20,000 nt of DNA, from the IMG/VR virus record IMGVR_UViG_3300035654_000005; one strand, written 5' to 3'. Position 1 is the first letter of the stretch. Each line of letters begins with the position of its first letter. The stretch is from an uncultured virus (IMG/VR IMGVR_UViG_3300035654_000005) (taxonomy: Duplodnaviria; Heunggongvirae; Uroviricota; Caudoviricetes). Made by a program: the position numbers and the translations under genes. Of the stretch, positions 16,894-20,000 are shown piece by piece. The notes under the pieces are model-generated. The model did no database searches. It saw only the letters and a list, made by a program, of their open reading frames with translations, and had not been told where the DNA came from.

Positions 16894-17367
16894 TTAAACC
16901 TCACAAACTATAAAGTCATACATAGGATAAGCAGCAGCATAACTCTCAACGATAGGTTTAATGTCGAGATCCCAGCTCAATCCACCCAATCCACATCCAA
17001 TTTTAGGTAGATATATAGATACAGGAGGATTGGGTTCACTATCTGCCACTAGACAAGCAGTTAACATGGCAGTATCGATAGCATTTTTATCGGCATATAC
17101 TTTACCGTCACGCCCGTACCACTCTTGAGTGATTGAGTTAAGTATCACAACAGGCAAGTCTGGCACATCGTATATAGAGCAATTACCCATCAACTCAGAT
17201 TTAATCGCTTTCTTATCACACATTTGCTTATATCCAGCAAATACACCAGGCCATTTGTCACGAATTGCCTTCGCAACACCAGAACCCATCACACCTTGAG
17301 CATTGCATCCTTGCAGGATGATGCCCTTAGTGACAGTGGTTATGTCTTTTTGCTGGTATAATAACAT
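16894..17367 (-). CDS. Macrodomain protein (ADP-ribose binding/hydrolase)
   Basis: KDIT...ILQGCNAQGVMGSGVAKAIRDKWP and LPKIGCGLGGLSW motifs. Confidence 0.9.
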   Translation of the reverse strand: MLLYQQKDITTVTKGIILQGCNAQGVMGSGVAKAIRDKWPGVFAGYKQMCDKKAIKSELMGNCSIYDVPDLPVVILNSITQEWYGRDGKVYADKNAIDTAMLTACLVADSEPNPPVSIYLPKIGCGLGGLSWDLDIKPIVESYAAAYPMYDFIVCEV

Positions 17368-17723
17368 TAGTCGATTACCGTTAAGATTGCACCGTTTTCA
17401 TTATCCTCTGAAACCTCACAGCGAGACAACTTAAATTGGGTAATTAATTCTTCCGCAATCATTTCACATGACTTCGCACCGAACACACAGAGTTGTTTGC
17501 TAACATCAAAGTATTTGTCTTTGATGTAATTTTGAATCATGTGTTTGAGAATGATAAATTCTTGATCACGATCACTGTGATTAACTACCACATATGCTTT
17601 GATGTGAAATACATGGCGGTGAGGTGCACGCAGATAATCAACTTCTTCGAATGGGCAACCTGGCCAATTGTGGGTTGCTTCAACTTGTAATGTACAAAAT
17701 ACTTCTGATTTAATATTACTCAT
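17367..17723 (-). CDS. QueD-like T-fold protein with LxxxHRHxF signature (DpdL-like putative CDG decarboxylase)
   Basis: EATHNWPGCP...YLRAPHRHVFH...DRDQEFI...SCEMIAE...VSEDNENGA. LxxxHRHxF replaces the canonical QueD CxxxHGH. Confidence 0.75.
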   Translation of the reverse strand: MSNIKSEVFCTLQVEATHNWPGCPFEEVDYLRAPHRHVFHIKAYVVVNHSDRDQEFIILKHMIQNYIKDKYFDVSKQLCVFGAKSCEMIAEELITQFKLSRCEVSEDNENGAILTVID

Positions 17724-18195
17724 GGGTTGGTTCGTTTCCTTCTTTAATGCCTAGATCAAGGACCACTTGAATAAGAGCATAGTTAATTTGTTCGTTTAAA
17801 ATTGCATTGTACAAAGCTTGTTCTAATCCTTTGTCAGCTACAGACTCATGAAATACCTGCTTTGATACATCTGATAAGTTTAACAATACCCACGATGTGA
17901 TGCAAAGGTCTTGTTCTTCCACTGATAAGTTAATTTCAACAACACCAGAATCATCTGGTGTACTGGTTGGTTCATCAAGCTCATGAACAGGTCCAGGTAC
18001 ACGATCAGCATAGTATACGTCATCTTCAACCGCTTTCACAACAATTGCTTTATGTGATTGAGGATGAGTTGGATGCTCGGTATCGTGTTTGATTATTGTA
18101 GCAGCAGACGAGCCAGGATCCGCTGCGTTCCGGTCTAGTTTAGACAACAGTGTCAATAAATTGCGACGGCTTAGAAATACGGTAGGTGTAGTCAT
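17716..18195 (-). CDS. Hypothetical phage protein
   Basis: Likely start ATG 18195 (MTTPTVFLSRRNLLTLLSKLD) with GGA upstream; the ORF track begins at GTG 18225. It overlaps the next gene by 8 nt. Confidence 0.65.
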   Translation of the reverse strand: MTTPTVFLSRRNLLTLLSKLDRNAADPGSSAATIIKHDTEHPTHPQSHKAIVVKAVEDDVYYADRVPGPVHELDEPTSTPDDSGVVEINLSVEEQDLCITSWVLLNLSDVSKQVFHESVADKGLEQALYNAILNEQINYALIQVVLDLGIKEGNEPTHE

Positions 18196-18283
18196 GCTAA
18201 TGGTCCAAGTAAACTTTTGCCACACGATTTACATAATATACCAAACATCTGTGAGTGACCACAGTGATAGCAAGTCATATAAG

Positions 18284-18733
18284 TCATTTGGCTAAGTGGT
18301 ATTGTGAAATAAGTTGTTTGAATCTGCCGTTGAATGATAAAGGCATCTCACCTACGTCAGCAGCAATACCATACTGAATAGTTTGCAATTCACCTTTTAG
18401 GTCATGATCGTAGATGGACTCGGGTAATACTACACCAACGCAAGTTAGTGCGTTATTTAACGAGCGCTCATCTTCTGAGAATTTTGCAAATGGTAAGAAC
18501 CCTTCTTTCGCAAGCGGAGCTAATACTTCATACAACTCAGCTATAGACTGCGAATCACCACCGTTCAGCACGATCATAGTCTTGTGGTTGTTAGCCCAAT
18601 CATGCAATACAGATGTTTGTGGTTCGGACGTTTCATCCCGATATTTAATAAACATCTCGTGCATGCAATGCGCAGATTGAATACCTTGCTGAATGGATGA
18701 TAGGTAGAAGTTGCAGAAAAAGTAAGCTCTCAT
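18284..18733 (-). CDS. Peptidyl-tRNA hydrolase 2 (PTH2)-like protein
   Basis: YLSSIQQGIQSAHC, WANNHKTMIVLNGG and FSEDE..LN.ALTCVGVVLP follow the PTH2-fold pattern. ATG 18733 (MRAYFF) is preferred over TTG 18772. Confidence 0.6.
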   Translation of the reverse strand: MRAYFFCNFYLSSIQQGIQSAHCMHEMFIKYRDETSEPQTSVLHDWANNHKTMIVLNGGDSQSIAELYEVLAPLAKEGFLPFAKFSEDERSLNNALTCVGVVLPESIYDHDLKGELQTIQYGIAADVGEMPLSFNGRFKQLISQYHLAK

Positions 18734-18779
18734 TGTGTGGTTTTGCCTATGTTGTGTTTGATGAAAATTCAATAAACTA

Positions 18780-18808
18780 ACTATACCTGTGTAAGGGTAT
18801 CAAGTCAA
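18780..18808 (-). promoter_or_regulatory. Sigma70-like promoter TTGACT-N17-TATAGT
   Basis: Minus strand -35 at 18808-18803 and -10 at 18785-18780, in the intergenic gap. Confidence 0.65.
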
Positions 18809-18812
18809 CAAA

Positions 18813-19289
18813 TTACATCGGATTTTTAGGAGGGCATGGATAGGCAGCCGCTAAATACGAATAAGTGGTAATGGAAGCTGGTAGAGCTTGTCTCTGTGGC
18901 AACGTCATATTAGCTGTTAGGAAGTGAACAAAATCGACTATGACGTTCTGTTGGCTGAGTTCAGGAATACATACCGCACCAAATGTGGTGTCAGCAATTT
19001 CGCGATGAAATATACCATTCATTTTAATGGTGTGCATATCTGTGCCAGCTATAATACCACTAACATATGAGAGACATTGAAATCTAGCCGATACTATGGT
19101 CCAAGCACGATCAACTGATTTGGCATCTTTAACATTGACATCATCAGGTGTGATCACTTCATTTACAGCAGAGCAGAAATGTCGAACGTCCTCACCAGTT
19201 GCAGCACTATCGAAGAGGTTTGTGTGATCTTCTGCGTGAGCTGTATTCAAAATTAGTAAAAGTGAGAATACAGCAGCTATAAGACGCAT
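18813..19289 (-). CDS. Rap1a/Tai-like immunity protein with Sec signal peptide
   Basis: Signal peptide MRLIAAVFSLLLILNTAHA, then TGEDVRHFC...QCLSYVSGI...VCIP...Q..V..FL...PA...YLAAAYPC. Confidence 0.75.
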   Translation of the reverse strand: MRLIAAVFSLLLILNTAHAEDHTNLFDSAATGEDVRHFCSAVNEVITPDDVNVKDAKSVDRAWTIVSARFQCLSYVSGIIAGTDMHTIKMNGIFHREIADTTFGAVCIPELSQQNVIVDFVHFLTANMTLPQRQALPASITTYSYLAAAYPCPPKNPM

Positions 19290-19327
19290 GGCACCAGGTT
19301 CCGATTAGTTAGATTTATTATTGTTTG

Positions 19328-19361
19328 AAAATATTGAGTGGATTCAACCACTCAATATTTT
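19328..19361. terminator. 14-bp perfect hairpin, probable terminator
   Basis: AAAATATTGAGTGG-ATTCAA-CCACTCAATATTTT, 26 nt past the stop of the minus-strand gene ending at 19388. Confidence 0.7.
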
Positions 19362-19387
19362 GATATCACGCTAGATTACGTATGTAA

Positions 19388-19984
19388 TTATACGGTGATG
19401 TTATTTGATGCTAGGATACGGCCAATTTTTGCTAGGCTGTCTTTCAATACGGCAGCTTCAACAGCAGCAGCTTGTTTGCTTTGTGTCAATACAGCAACTT
19501 GCGTCGCCATTGTAGCTTTTACGCGTTCTTCACGGATAGTAGCAAAACGCTCTAACATTACATCATTAATCGCTTGACCATTACGGAAACCTGCAGCTTG
19601 TAAGTCAGCCAACAGTGTTTTGCTAACAGCAGTCGTAGCAGGTGAAGTAGCAGTTGTAGCTGGGGTTTTAGTCACAGCAACTGGTTTAGCAATTGGTGAT
19701 GGGTTTACTGCAATCGGAGTAACATTGACAATTTTTTCCCAACGGATTGTTTTCAATGTTTGAGCTTGAATGTCGTATGCTTTCAAGAAGATACTACGAG
19801 GTTTGTTGATTTCAACAGAGCGTAGGCTATCTGGCAACACCTTTGCATTCAGTGTGCAGTTAATTGTACGCAATGTACCATCGTCTTTTTCAAATGTAAT
19901 AGTAACAGATTTGTTGGTTGCTAAGTCGTCTTGAATAGCTTTACGTGACTTAGGTGATGATAGGTTTAAAAATTTTTGTGACAT
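19388..19984 (-). CDS. WYL_2 / Sm-like SH3 beta-barrel protein with Thr/Ala/Pro linker and helical C-terminus
   Basis: VTITFEKDDGTLRTINCTLN...AYDIQAQTLKTIRWEKI; SD AAAGGA. Confidence 0.65.
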   Translation of the reverse strand: MSQKFLNLSSPKSRKAIQDDLATNKSVTITFEKDDGTLRTINCTLNAKVLPDSLRSVEINKPRSIFLKAYDIQAQTLKTIRWEKIVNVTPIAVNPSPIAKPVAVTKTPATTATSPATTAVSKTLLADLQAAGFRNGQAINDVMLERFATIREERVKATMATQVAVLTQSKQAAAVEAAVLKDSLAKIGRILASNNITV

Positions 19985-20000
19985 ACTTAGTCCTTTAGAG

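Noticed and set aside
667..19984. None of the called genes ends in TAG (all TAA or TGA), raising possible amber recoding
   Set aside because: Genes are full length in code 11 with no in-frame TAG interruptions. TAG is normally the rarest stop in AT-rich phages.
1..20000. tRNA genes, CRISPR arrays, DGR template/variable repeats
   Set aside because: None seen by eye. Intergenic gaps are short, and no spaced direct repeats, long near-identical nucleotide repeats or reverse transcriptase were found.

Overview
AT-rich segment of a large lytic dsDNA phage, most likely a jumbo T4-like myophage. It looks like a metagenomic scaffold (two 10-N gaps), and the host is probably Gram-negative. From left to right: (1) a minus-strand operon of a cupin-like gene and two tandem membrane fatty-acid-desaturase paralogues, one missed by the ORF track because it runs off the window edge; (2) a divergent tail-fibre/baseplate block (Gly-rich adhesin-like protein, small chaperone-like protein, 681-aa and 1102-aa fibre-like proteins); (3) a 192-aa 'mini-DnaE' Pol III alpha core coupled to a winged-helix-like ORF; (4) hypothetical genes, an integrase-repeat protein and a free-standing GIY-YIG homing endonuclease; (5) a minus-strand accessory block with FolE2, a P-loop kinase, a GT4 glycosyltransferase, a macrodomain, a QueD-like T-fold protein with the DpdL-type LxxxHRHxF motif, two Rap1a/Tai-like immunity proteins, a PTH2-like protein and a WYL_2-like protein. 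Seven T4-late-like (N)NTAAATA boxes and four sigma70-like promoters can be read directly. All family assignments come from motif recognition by eye, not from database searches.
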